From: Marsupella aquatica
Taxonomy: Eukaryota; Plantae; Marchantiophyta
DNA length: 64,000 nucleotides
Direction of reading: 5' to 3'
Assembly (NCBI GenBank): GCA_973895155.1
Contig: OZ316895.1
Coordinates: 11,554,858 to 11,618,857, forward strand
Position 1 is the first letter of the stretch. Every line of letters begins with the position of its first letter. The notes below the pieces were generated by a model. That model had not been told where the DNA came from. It searched no databases and saw only the letters and a program-made list of their open reading frames with translations. The translations under genes and the position numbers were made by a program. Positions 26,734 through 46,139 of this stretch are shown one piece after another.

Positions 26734-27465
26734 CTAATGAGAATATATGGGAGTCTGAACTCGCTGAACCTCCATGGCAGGATGCCTCCGGAGTTGCGAG
26801 TTCTTGAAATTTGTTGCCGGTAACCAACATTTACTGAATGTCTCGTTCCAAGTTTCACTCCAGACTGATGCTATCGGGGATGCTATTTCACTTTCCCGGT
26901 CCCAATCATTACGTTGCAGAGATCTTTTACAAGTTTTTCGAGGTATCATGAAGTCTGCGCTTCGGGGTACGTAGGGGATGCCAGCGACCACAACGCCGGC
27001 AACAGCGATGGCAGCTTTCCAGCTATTTCCCGGCCTAGCGTCTGCGCTTCAGAGCTACTGGCCAGGGAGTTCATTTTCTCCAATCATGGCATGGAAATGA
27101 TTAGAGAGAAAGCAGCTTCGGCCAACAAAAAGTCCTACAGTAGGTAGTGTAATAACCTCTAGGTCTGTAGTAGCTACAGAGCGCGTCAGCGCTGAACTTT
27201 CGGCGAAACTGCATTTCATGTGGTAAAGCTTGAATCCCCATGACTCTCGACAGCCTACTATAGCACAGCCTTTCATCATGAAAAACTCGCCATTGAGTAC
27301 AATTCCTGGAGCCAGGTTGGTAGTATTGTCCGACCCTACTGAACAGATTCTATACGTGGTGCACTAGTCTCCAGCTTTATCCACGTATTCTCCAATATAT
27401 CTCTTGCACCCAACTAGTGGTAGTACTTGAACTTGAAAGTTGATGCTTGAGGGATCAATGTCCAC
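26734..27465 (-). pseudogene. Possible decayed coding segment of unknown family
   Basis: One minus-strand frame runs about 240 codons from an AG acceptor at about 27466 with only three internal stops (includes ORFs 27055-27279 and 26734-26991); no family recognised. Confidence 0.3.
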
Positions 27466-29718
27466 CTAGAATTGACATTGTGGGACTTTCGCAATCATGC
27501 TTTACTATCGTAGCTCTTCTTTTCTCGGTTTAAAGATTGTCGGATGTAACTGAAGTTTTTGTAGTTCAATTGAGTTAGTGCCATTTGTAATGCGTGACTG
27601 GATCGGGTCACTCTGAGTGATTGATATTCTCTCATCTCTTCGTTATGTATCGACAACAACTTCTCCTAAATCATTAGATCCTGCATATGACTTGTGTTGA
27701 TCCAACATGGGCCGACCCCAAAATCTTTCGGATCCATTTGCAAAAGATCATGAGAAGTGGAGGATGGCCTGGGTGAGGGTATCCTGGGATTGTCGTGGAA
27801 GTCACACAGAATAGAAATCATTCTAGCAGGTGGAACATTATTTGGTCTAATTTGTTGGTCCCAAGCTGTATACCGTAGATATGTCTGGACATTTCTGAAT
27901 TCGTTCAGTTAAACCACCACTGCCCATATATAAGGGGTACACGGGAGTGTCCAAAGACTTATCCATTTTTCCACATTCCACCCCTTCTTCCTTCTAATAG
28001 GGGTGGCACATTGCTCCACTATTTTGGGAAAAATTACTCTTAGTAGTGAAATTTGGATGCTACTGATAATCCCTAGCTGTTGATGGGGCAACTGTGATTT
28101 AGGGCCATCTTGCATGCGTGTGTCTTCAAAATATCGACCCTTTTAAGTGATCAAGTGACACCTTTGGAATCAGCCAGAGTTTCCTGCTTCACGCCCATCT
28201 TGAGCCAGTCCTCAGGGCTATACTAGCTCTTGTGGAGTTTCAAGGTGAGGTCAAATCCTTTGAAATCAGATAAAACAGACAGCAGTGACAACAAATGACA
28301 AAAAAACACAGACAAGGAAAGGACTTTGCACCTCACACATAGCACTCCACAAGAGAATACATCCAGCAATTTAGGGAGTGCAAAAGGCCAAATTTTAAAG
28401 ACCTCGAACATGCAAGACAACCCTTAATTATGTCTCGCAGAGTCTTAGGGGAGCTGTGATTTAAGTAGTAGCTTGTCAAGGCAACTTCTGAAAGTCGCTT
28501 TGTAGAACTATTTGAACGAGAATTGCAGAGCAACCATAGAAAGGGATGCAACTCAACTTGACGACCCAGAAATTTCTGACTCAAAAATTGCCTATCCGAC
28601 GAGTTGGGCTCTGTAAGCCTCCACATGAGACTGAGAGCCTCCTGCTGGCTTGAGAAACATTGGAGTCTCCGTGTTGATCTCTGGAAGCTGAGATTTTAGC
28701 TGTCTGAAACCGCATTGCTCGTTTTCGACAGAATCGTTGGGTGATGGCAAAATTTATCGTGGCAATCCTTCCCAGGGAGAAACAGCTGAATTGACTGGCT
28801 GGAGACAAATGGAGTTTTGCTTCCGCTTCGTCGTCGTCTGCTTCCATTGCTGTTGCGTTGATGGAGAACTGAAATCGATGCCTTCCCAGTATATTGGTGC
28901 TTGCAGGTAATTTCAATTTTGCTTCATGAACCTTAGGGGAGGGAATTATATAAGGTACTTTTTGAATGCAGAACAGTATAATAAATTAGGCTCCTATTCG
29001 CTGAGATGCGTCTCTGCTTCCAAGGCTCTGTCTCTTTGATTTTCTTCTGATCCCATGTCTTAGCCTCCGATTTTATCATGCTCTCTGTTCTAAATGCGTG
29101 GGACCTTTTCCTATATAAATTGAATTTTCATCTGTCTTTGTAAGGTTAACGAACTACTGGTCGATTTATAACATGAATGCACGCTCAAAGGGATGCTGAG
29201 CTCTCTGTCTAAGGTATGGTATCTCTAAGTTATATACAGTAAGCAACGTCCGTAAGCATTCTCCACTACTTCCTCCATATTTCCTCCTTGGCAATAACTA
29301 GAGTAGACGTTTTCCTCCCTATGTCCCCCCGAAATTCGACCTTTTCTATGCCTGACAACTTTGATAACATTATCGCCTTGAACAACGTCCTCTTCTATAT
29401 ATTCTGTCGCCATACAGTCGCTGTTAGCCTACCCTTTCCTTTCTTTCTTTCTTTCGTTCTTTCTTTTATAAGCTATCTGTCTTGCTTTCTTGCATTCCGG
29501 TCGTTCTGACGTCCCTGCTCCTTGGCAATAACCCTAGTACAGCATCCGTCTGGCCAGAGACGTCACGTCGGAATGTTGTTAGTGCAGGAGGCAATTTAGT
29601 GCTGCAGGCAAAGAGAGAGGAGCAAGACCTTGACGTCTTGTTGTGGGCGAGGGGAGAGGAGAAGAGGAGAGACTTCACATCGTGTTGTTGGAGGAGGAGA
29701 CGAAGTGTTGTGGGCAAA

Positions 29719-31237
29719 ATGGGAAGCGGAAGGGAGAGACCGATGACGAAGCAGGAGCCTCCTGTTGAAGAGAAGTGGTATCCACTCAAATTGGGGCAGA
29801 CTTGTTTCGACGATGCGACCTCTCGATTCTATTCGTTACGATGTATGTCTGTGAGCTTGGCTCCTCAGTTCTTTGTTTGGAGTTAGTGATGGGAAACCGA
29901 ATTGTGATGCGAAAGTCTGTAGGCTGCTGTTGATTTTTTTTTGGATGGGGAATTTTAGTGAATTTGCGTCTTGGAGTTTGATGAAATTGATACTGAAAAT
30001 TTTGGCCTTTTGTCGATGGTGCAGATGAGTTTAAACCGGCATCAATCGATACCAGCAGGCCAGGGTCCCTACACAGCAGCAGTGACAACAAAGTCACGGT
30101 GGAGTATTTCAATAACCAGGCCGGGAAACCTAAAATGGCATTCGAGGGCAATGTTGGCGATTATCAGGAATTGGACGCAGTGTTGCTCTTTGATGGACAG
30201 TCTTTTCGGCTGGAGCGCATGCACCGGGCTGTGAAGAGCCTCCGGCACATCAGAATGCCAGGAGAGTCGTCAGCCGGGGTCTCTAATGCAGCAAATGCCG
30301 CTCAGAAGGGAGCAGGAGCAGCAGAACCTGGGTCCCCACAAGATGGCAACAGCAACCAGGTTGAGAGAATCTCATCGGTGCAACCTGCCGAGAAGTCTGT
30401 TAAGAGACCTGCTGGCCCGGTGAGGAGCCGTTTTTCTTGCCTCAGTATCATTGGGAACCTCTTTATGGTGATTTTTTAGTTGATTCAACGCTGTCGAGAT
30501 TCATTCTTTCTTGGATAACTTTAATGTTGTGGGACGTTATGCTAAGGGGGGCGCTAATTATGGCTGTTGTATAGGCGGTACGAAGTGAAAAAATAGAGGC
30601 TTTAGTGGCTCCAGAGATAACCAAGCCTGATCCACCAGGTGAGCTCTTTTTCCTTCTGTCCCGTTGCGTCCTATTCCATTCTGTGAGCAGCTCGTGAAAC
30701 CCTCTTCGAGAACTGGATCTGTCGCTCTGAATTTTGAGGAATAAATTGGTGCTATCTACTCATGCAACAGGGAAAAATAAAGGCAATAAGACGACTCCCA
30801 TAGTTCCTAAAGGCCCTAAAGGCCAGAAGGCTTCAACCCCAGTACCTCCTACATCTCCTGTGGATCTAAAGAGGAAGAGGGAGGCTTCCCCTGTTATTGT
30901 CGAGATAGGTGACGAGGTAGAGGAGGCATCGCCATCAAAACAGGCCAATGTGGAGGACGAGCAGGTTGAAATAGAGGAAGTAGTGGAGGAAATCGAGGAG
31001 GTAAGTGATTATGAGGAGGTGGATATCAGTGACGATGAGGATGTAGACAAGACGGGTGTAGATCAAACTGCTGCAACCTTGAGAGCGCAGGTAGCTGCAG
31101 GGCTTTCAGAAGCGAAGGTGAGCTCGAGCTCCAGCAGCAGTGGGAGTGGGAGTTCTGGAAGTGGAAGTAGCAGTAGTGACAGTGGTAGTGATGAAGAAGA
31201 CACCGCAAGTTCTGCAGATGACGCGGATGATATTTAA
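29719..31237 (+). CDS. EAF: ELL-associated factor (EAF family, Pol II elongation); exons 29719-29842, 30025-30419, 30575-30638, 30771-31237
   Basis: EAF domain WYPLKLG...FYSLRYEFKPASID...VTVEYFNNQAGKPKMAFEG...DAVLLFDGQSFRLERMHRAVKSLRH; acidic/Ser-rich tail; all three introns are GT-AG and in frame. Confidence 0.92.
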
Positions 31238-32211
31238 GTCTGATCATCTCTACTTATGTTTCGAATTCACGAGTAGGTTTTCTATTGGGTTGCCTTTGCT
31301 TTGCTGGACTTTGCAAGGGGCAACCTCAGAGAAAAGCTGCTCCTGAATATGATACTTTGTCATTTCTTTTTACGGATACATTGATCAAGATTTGTATCGA
31401 GGGTCGTTTAAAGCAAGTTACTACTGGCTGTTCTCCGTCTCAAGAAATCCCTTAGATGTTACTTAGTCATACAGTAGGAGCGGTTCAACGTTTGGGGCTT
31501 CTGTATTGTAAAGTGGGGGCTTCTGTATTGTAAAGTGGCCACACATATGTACTGTAAAAACATAAGGCATGGAATGGAGCCAAAGACGACTTGATACAAT
31601 TAATGGAAGTAGAATGCATCAATAGAAGAATCTTGAGACGAAATTGTGGCAAAAATTAAGCGAGTCACTATGGAACACAGAGAAATGTGTATGAATCGAA
31701 ATGCCAATTTCCCTGTCCGTTCTCGAGTGTTGACCGTCCGTTGATCAAAACCATCAATTGGATTGATATCTTTGAGAGAGAAATTGTGAATAGTCCACCG
31801 TCAAAATCACCTGTGTCTCTGTTCGACAATCATCGACGACAGATCAATCTAGTTCTGAGAATTTTATCATAGGCAACCTGGTTGGATTATGTGATACAGT
31901 AGATTGAAGACTGCCTATCCAAAGACTCAATACACATTGATGCATCACGAGTGTGCTGCTGACGGACACTGGGACGAGTTGGATAAGACTATGCAATGGC
32001 ATCATTTCCTTTGCCGGAATCTGAATCCAGGACAAATTGTTCTGGTCTCATGCAAGGCAATGGCAGTGACCATGTGTCACTCAATGACTTCTTTGGGCAT
32101 CAATTAGATGACGGAGCTCGAATTTAATGTGCAATTGCAACACGCAATCTTGGCACGGCAGTAGAAAGGGAAGGGGTAATTTGAAGAGTTTTCCCAAGTC
32201 ACGATGTCTCT

Positions 32212-33252
32212 CTATTGGGTCTTAGCTACTATCTGAGGAAACGCCTCCACCAGTTTTCGCCAACTCCTTTCCGCCCTCGTTGCATGCTCCTCAGGCACCT
32301 GCGCACCCTTCTCTTCCAACGTCCTTGAGAAAAGCTCGAAGCTCACCCATCCTCTATACCCCAGCCCCTCAAACAACGCCCTGCAAATATCCAATATCGG
32401 CAGATACGCACCCCTCTCCTTCTCAAACGCGAAGACCCTGGCATTCCGACTCCAACTCAATCGAGTCGGCTGTGAAGCGTCATGCCAAGGATGCTCCGGC
32501 GAGATCGGCGGTGAGACTTGTTCCGCATCCTCCACCTGAATTATGAAAATCTTCTCCCTATCGACACACTCCACCATCCTCCTCAAGCTATCTGCCAGCG
32601 CTACCTCCCCGTCCTTCGTCTTTCCATCGGCTGATGCTGGGTCCCCATACAAACGTCCTGCGATGTTGAACGTATCAAAACAATATCCGAAATTCCACCG
32701 ATTGACCGCCGAGACGACTGCGTGCACCCCCTCCCACGTATCAATGTGGGTACCCCAGGCGAGATTCTCGTAAGCCAAGCAGATGGGAGGGTTCTCCTGC
32801 GCCGCGAGGTCTGCCAATTCAGTCATGTCCCGCACGATGGTCGTCAAGTCGGAAGTGCACTCGCTTGCAGGAAGCATGCTCGACGAGATAAGGACGACAC
32901 TGGTTCCGAGGACAGTGGCGAGTTGGAACCATAGTTTCGCTCTCTCGACTGCCTTCTCGTGCTCCGTGCGCGATAGGAGACCTTCGTATGGAGAGAAAGG
33001 CTGAAGGTCGACGATGGTTAAGGCCAAAGACTCCGCTAAAGTGCGGATCTGGTGCGCGGCAGCAAGGGGGTTCGTTGAGGTTGGGCCACCGGGGAGATGG
33101 GAAGCGAGGGCGTCAAGGTCTTCGAACATAAGCTCGATGCCGGTGAAGCCGTGCGAGGCTGCGGCTTCGAGCTTTGTTTTGAGGTCGTGGCCGGCGTAGT
33201 GGCGGCCGAGGGAGTGAGAGCATACTGCCGGAAGGCAGCAGCGGTCTGGCAT
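32212..33252 (-). CDS. qutC: Fungal-type 3-dehydroshikimate dehydratase (QutC/Qa-4-like; xylose-isomerase-like TIM barrel), intronless, 346 aa
   Basis: Intact ORF with PAVCSHSLGR..AGH.L..KL.AA...GF.GIELMFEDL, LQPF..YEGL, YENLAWGTHIDTW, DTFNIAGRLYGDP, IQVEDAE, RLSWSRNARVF, GYRGWVSFELF. These are motifs of ascomycete DHS dehydratases, including the E/D/Q/E metal ligands. Exact substrate is inferred from family. Confidence 0.85.
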   Translation of the reverse strand: MPDRCCLPAVCSHSLGRHYAGHDLKTKLEAAASHGFTGIELMFEDLDALASHLPGGPTSTNPLAAAHQIRTLAESLALTIVDLQPFSPYEGLLSRTEHEKAVERAKLWFQLATVLGTSVVLISSSMLPASECTSDLTTIVRDMTELADLAAQENPPICLAYENLAWGTHIDTWEGVHAVVSAVNRWNFGYCFDTFNIAGRLYGDPASADGKTKDGEVALADSLRRMVECVDREKIFIIQVEDAEQVSPPISPEHPWHDASQPTRLSWSRNARVFAFEKERGAYLPILDICRALFEGLGYRGWVSFELFSRTLEEKGAQVPEEHATRAERSWRKLVEAFPQIVAKTQ

Positions 33253-34074
33253 TGTGGCGAAATGTTCAGTTCGTGATGACTACAGCCTTCCTATCCATTT
33301 TTGCGAGCTTTGATATTGCTGTTCAGTCACCTGCTGAGGGAGGCAAGGATTGTACTTTCGCAATTATGTATTTGTCAGGTCTAGAACACTTGAACACTTG
33401 TGAATTCGAGAGTGGGGTGATTGATTTGACGGCCCGGCTGAGCAGGAATCAATCCATGTATCACACATGAGCTGAAGCTCGATCACAATGTGTATGAAAT
33501 AAATGGAGGCAATCTTTGCACCGAAGTCCGTCATAGAGACGTACACGTTGCTTGCATGCAGAGTGACAGGCGCTGATGTCTCCTGTTAGAAACTATGCCA
33601 CTTGGCAGATTGAGATGAATTCATGCGCAAATCGCGGTGCAGTGTCATGCCACATCAAGCGTCACACCAGAAGTGGTACGGTGAGTCGATATCTGAAGTC
33701 GAGCAAAATGGTGGAGTGAGTCGAGAGTGAAGCTCCCGGCACATACTCACGCCATTCATGACTGTAAACTCGTAACAATTCCAGCTTTTTTCTGAACGGT
33801 TTTTAGCGCAGGACAGAGTGATCGATCCGCATCGGTCCCGTTCCGATGTAACGACTTTCGGATGTATTCATCACACAAATTGTAGTAAAACTGAAACCCA
33901 GCCATAACAAAAACCTGCGAGTGACCATGACATTGTGGGTTGGACTGGCTATCCATAGCTCTTATCTTTGAGTCCATTTAAAGAACCAGGGTATATATAC
34001 TTCTAATCGATTAGAAACCGACCGTATTTCGTGTATATTTTCGATTCCAGAATTCTTTGAGGGAGGCTTAATTA

Positions 34075-34995
34075 CGTTGTAACAGTTGTGCCTTCATGTG
34101 CAAAATTCTCTTCCCTACCAATTGTCCGATTGATGTGAGAAAGATCCGTTTGAAGTGTATAGAGTTAAGCTACAAGTTTAAGTTCAGATGTGCCCCCTTC
34201 TGGACAGTGTTCACAGTTGACTTCATTTGCAGTAATTACTGAACCAACCGATATCAATGTGTCGAACAAACGAGACTATGAATTACAACGAGAGCGGGAC
34301 TCTGATCCAAATTAGTTGAGTTTCGTGGGCTTAGGGTAATAGGCAGGAGCTGAATAAAATCGAAGCCAGGACCTGATATATTTCAATCTCTTGATCCACT
34401 CGGCCAATTGCTTTCTATCACTCTAGAACATGACAGAAAGAGTCACTAACTCGAGGCCAAAGGGATCGGCGTTGTGTACAGAACTTCATTTTTGCAAGAA
34501 TTGATTTCGGATCCCGTGCGAAAGCAAAACTTAGATGACAATTTTCATAAATAATTTTCCACTGTTGGAATCCTGCATTAATTACTCTAGAAATGTTCCT
34601 GACCATTCTGCTCGACTTATAAGTGGATTGAGTTCTATCGTCTGCTCAATTGAAATTCCAATCCGGATGAAATTCTTAGCAAGATCTAGTCCATGGACAA
34701 TATTGTAGAGCAAAATGGACCTTAAATTCACGCCTGTAGACGCAGTGGTTTCCATTATCCTCTAGTTGACGTGTGCTGATCGAAGGACTGCTTTGCCTCC
34801 AAAAATAAAAAGAAAGCGACTTATAAGACAATTTAAGGCATTGAAACTCATTAATCTAGCATCCCTTAACGTACCTCTTTTGGCGAGAGCATCAAGTAAA
34901 GGATTATAGTGTGCCAACCCCCTCAGCGTTAACAAGAGGGCCCGTTCCATCTACACAAAGTCAGGCACGGGTGAACAAACAAAACTGATCACGAA
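34075..34995 (-). pseudogene. Truncated and internally deleted GH1 beta-glucosidase relic
   Basis: Exon-5 copy 34950-34875 (GTGPLVNAEG/LAHYNPLLDALAKR) with a 1-bp insertion; 3' tip of exon 7 (VYRREF, about 34724-34742); introns homologous to 40660-40780 and 39150-39730. Confidence 0.85.
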
Positions 34996-36417
34996 AAAGG
35001 GGAAAAAAAAAATGGTCTTTGGGTTGACTGTTGCGGTGGGGGCAGTTTAGCCATGTACGGTTCCTTAAAAGGATGTGCCTGACAAAAGCGTAAATTAATA
35101 ATCTAGTGGCCTCTCCATAGCTTGGGTTTCCCAGATTTTTTGTTTATTTTTCACTCTTACTTTATATGGTTTTGGACCTTTCGGGTCATGGCCTTTTGTT
35201 CCCTTTGCACTTCTACATTCATTTTTCCATAGGCCCTAATTACATGTCTTGATTGTTTTAGATGCACTTCTTTTCAGTTTCTGGCTAGCGTACTTTTCAA
35301 GACACAATGACACAAGGCTGCAATGACAACCATGCATTGCACTGGCATTTTGACAACTGTGGGCTAGCTGATGAGAAATGAGTTAAATTGCTATAGATTC
35401 CCATACCATGATCATAGGAAGACTCAAAAGGGGTATCAGGGAGTGGCAAAGTTTACATAACGGGACCATAGATGAGTGGAGTGATGCAGTGCACTCACAA
35501 CCCAGCGCTTGCCAAAGATGTGCCGACACAATCTGTACTTGTTTTGTCCTGAGGAGAGGCATAGCAGTTCTCTGCATTTCATCAAAAATGCTCAAGGACA
35601 TTTCCTCTTCTACAAGTCATGGGCCACTATTGTTTTTACATCACATAAACGTGTCAAACATCAGGACGTAATTTAGCGGAAAAGTCACCTATTCCATACC
35701 GGCCACATGTTTGAGTAATTTTGTGCTGGCCACTACATCCATCATGCGAATTTATAATTTTTGTCTTTGCCCTCTTGTTCCATCAACTGAGGGGTTTGTT
35801 TCGAGGGACGGAGAAATGTTTTATCAAGACTCTCCACCACTGTTTACTGCTCAAAGAGTGGCGCACATTTTGTCACATATTTTAAGACAGGTCGATAAGC
35901 AATTTCTTGCACAAAAGTCACAATGATGTTCGTAATTTATGTAGACACTTACGGTAGCTCGCTGGCCACACAGAATAGAATTTTTCATATCTCTCTAATT
36001 CAAGACATTAGACACCTGGCCACATGGTAGAGAAATTCATTTCTGAGAAATTTGAGAAACTTTTCAACGATGAGGATGCAATAGTAATCAAGCTCACAAA
36101 ACATGCGTGATACTATTACACTGTGAATAAATGATTGAATGATCATCAAAACATTCATATCATATATATCTCATCGTGCGCTCCAGGAAATCAATGAATG
36201 AACGAATGATCATCAAGACATTTTTCTCACCTACCGCTCCAGTAATTCGGTTACATCGTTGCATAACGAAATTACAGCGAATGTCGCTGGCTCTGGCATA
36301 TCGTCAAACAATCAATCAATGTGTGCCAGCTTCTGAACTCAAGGATGGCACACTTAATTTCCACAATGGGCATTGCATATAGGGTTCTAACCCATCAAAA
36401 GTAAATATTCAATCGGC

Positions 36418-36562
36418 TCATGCGTCTTGAGTGTCCCTGTTGAAGGACTTGCGAAAGCCACCGGCAGGAATGCTTTGGGTAGCGCTTCACATCCCCAATA
36501 CTGCGTTACATGCAATGTCACACCAATCCAAAGTGAAGGTAATTAAGTGACTAAACATAGTT
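36418..36562 (-). pseudogene. Degenerate tandem duplicate of the terminal GH1 exon
   Basis: Minus strand reads VKRYPKHSCRWLSQVLQQGH, paralleling VKRYPRDSARWFSHVLQRGH in the true last exon immediately upstream. Confidence 0.75.
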
Positions 36563-36572
36563 GCCAATTTGC

Positions 36573-42977
<6,405 letters not shown>

Positions 42978-45900
42978 GGTTTGAATTCGACTTCCAGCTT
43001 CCCTTTGTGACGCAGCACCGCCAAAACTCGTGTAAATCTGACAATGTCCGCACTTTCAGAAAATCTAGAAGGGAAGCACATTAGTCAGCCTCTGTATCGT
43101 AACATTGGCAAGAACGGTACAATGCAAACGAGTACGGATATGCCTATTTGGCTAAGTCGCTCCCTCGCTACGTTTGAAATAACCAGTTATTAGACTACCT
43201 CCTGCGAGGGCAGATATCATCAATCCTGGAATTTCTGTGAGATACCCATCAGAATTTTGCTCAACAGCAATGAATCCGGGACACTGTTACCATTCGCCGC
43301 TTCATCTCTAGCAAGCAAACTCACTCATCTAAAAGCATCGGACAGTGACAGCTAATACTGTACAATCCTCCAAATCCTACTAAAACATTGGGGATCTCTA
43401 CGCATTCAGCCTCTAGACGGAGGAACTCAAACATCACATATGCTAATTCAAACCATTGTGTAGCTTTCGGAACGGATGAAATCTGCAATAGAGGGCGAAG
43501 TAAAATTTCACTCAAACAGGCTCACATTGTCTCCAACGCTACAGCCTACACACCGCTACTGTGCCATTACAGGAATCGTACCAGAGGCTCTTTCGACAGA
43601 CTCTGTTTCCCTTCACGGCTTCACGGCTCCTGAACTGCATTGGCAACGAACTGGCATGCAAGCCGAGAATTCCATCCAGGTCGAGCACCGGCAGATAAGT
43701 ATTCCGGGTTGATGTCGATATATAAAACTTGTGTGGTTCTTCCCATTTGCAACAAGTTGATTTTACACTTGACTGCTTGGAAAGCGGATTTCCTGGAACC
43801 ACAGCACAGCCCAGCCGAGCACCGGATCCGAGCACCGAGCACTGGGCCCCGCCCCTCCTCGGAGACAGAATGAGGTAAATGTCTCAATTTCAACTACAAC
43901 TCAGCATAATTAATACGGCATTTGGCTCCCGGTCACCCGGAGTGCTCAGTGCACTTTGGGTCCCACTTTTTGCTAACAGTCATCCGGCAGCTCCGCCCCT
44001 GCGCGGCGTCAGATTCCAATTCACGCCTTCTCACTTTCTCAGAGTGATCCTAGCTGCAGAACCTACGTGTTCAACACAGTGTCGTTCAAATAGCTTCCGG
44101 CCATCCGCCAACTGCATCACTGCGGTGGATCTGTCATAAAGACACAGCTATGGGCTTCGTGACATAGATATTCTCATATTCCACTGTAAGGACGCGCGTG
44201 GCAAGCTCGGGGCGAGGAGATCGAGAACTGTATGACTGTAAAAATATCGTCGATCTGCTAACTGCGGAGTCCCGGTGCCAGGATGGTTATAATCCTCAGC
44301 ACTCTCAGCTCCACGCGTGAGTAATGCTCGGGACGATGCACAATTCGTCTCGTGCAGCCATGGCGTGCAGGGTTAATTAAGCAAACAAGCACCGCACACA
44401 GGTGTGTAGTAAGTCTGCGCCATCACCGCCATGCCTAAATAATTGCCTGCGCTCGGAGTTTGTGTATTGTGCAGCCGTGCAGGACTGCAGGGCATCATTA
44501 GGAACCTTTTTTCACTTTTTTGTATTGAATGATCGGAAGGATTTGGGAGGATTTGGGGCGCAGTTCATTTTCTTCCCTCCGACAAAGAAGGTGCTTTGTG
44601 CCAGACATAATTATGCAGTCGTCCACGTGCCCAACTGGACTGTGGGTAACTGCATTCCGTGGATAACTGCGGGCCAGTCATGTGGATCCCCTAATATTAC
44701 CGGAACCTTTTGTCGTTGCCAGAAAATGTTCATAAGTGGATTTGGGCCTTCACTATATAAGTGCATGCTGTAAGTGTGCAAATGCATTTATCGGTTAGTT
44801 AGTGAAAGAGATCACACAAAATATTCCTGTTGATCATCAGAGGTAATAAGTTTCAAGGATTACATATGGTATTTACATGCACTTATCCAGTTGGTAGAGG
44901 GTCGTCCCATGATGAGGGTTTAGAGAAAGACGAGTCAAGGGTGTAGGACCTGGTTACATATGGTCTTTATCACAGGCAATTATTCAGTTGATAAAGAGTT
45001 GTCTCCGGGTTGTCTCATGATCAGGGTTTAGGGGTTTAGGTTTAAGAGGACTCTCAAACACGATGAGGTTTTGCTTATTGGTACAGTAATGTATACATAG
45101 CCTAGAGATATACTTAGTGGACCTCCAAATGCCTAACAATGTCTTTTGGGTACAATTTGATGGATCTTAACTCACTAGTTATGGACACAAGTTAGTGACT
45201 ACAAAACTCTCTAGTCCATAAATTGTTGCCATAAGGATGTCTTAATGTCAATACCATTAGTCACCATAGAGGCAGGGCCAGTGACTGAAATTTCAAAGAA
45301 ATTTACATAACCTTGTGAAAAATTATGACAGTTTCTTTCTTTATAATAAAATGTTCTCGTACGTAACTTTGAGACTCCTTATTAAATAGTATATTGAGTT
45401 CACTCTACATCAAGACTACCATTTTGATGTGATAGTCTTCTGAATATGCAAGGCTCCAAAAGTAAAGAATCTGACAAAGAGAATGAATAAAAAAAAAATT
45501 ACCTTTAGAGTGAAGAAAGAGTGACAGTGTTTTTCCAAGCAAGAAAAGGAAACTGTCAAATATGCACAAGAATCAATTCACAAGAATCAAGTCACCATCC
45601 ATGCATATAAATTGCTCCTTATCTCCCTCTATCATTCTTTACCACTATAATACCTATCCCCAATTGTCCCTTTACAAACTATAAAAAAACCCAATCTTGA
45701 CCCTTCATCAAAACATTGTTTTTTAACATGGTCAAATATATAATTGCAAACCATCTAGAATATATATTTTCCAAAACTGTACTTTAATTAGCCTGCCCGT
45801 ACTTTAATTAGCCTGCCCGCACCTACCCAGGCAAGATAAAAAACTTAATATTTATATTTAAATTGGAAATTTGGGAAAACAGCTTGCCCGACAACTTGGA

Positions 45901-46139
45901 CATATTTTAAAATTACAAAAAACATTTTTCTCTCTCAAAATGTAAAAAAAAATTTAAATCGTATTTTTTCTGTCATTTGAATGTGTTTGGATTCTATGAT
46001 GTGGCCGGTGGCGGCTATCTCGCATCTCTGATTTCTATGTGCAACGCATGAGTTATTGAACGTGACCACAAAAGTTTATGGTTGGGATCACAAATAACAT
46101 GTATCAATAATTACATTGCAAAGCTTATAATTTTTTGCC

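Noticed and set aside
32280-33199. Several plus-strand ORFs over the dehydratase
   Set aside because: Antisense shadows of a GC-rich CDS.
32212-33252. Alternative call as 4-hydroxyphenylpyruvate dioxygenase or AP endonuclease
   Set aside because: No HPPD/VOC domain is present; the shared TIM-barrel fold explains such labels, and the specific motifs fit DHS dehydratase.
45020-45045. Telomere-like TTTAGGG motifs (also near 16690)
   Set aside because: Only 2-3 imperfect units; too short to call an interstitial telomeric array.
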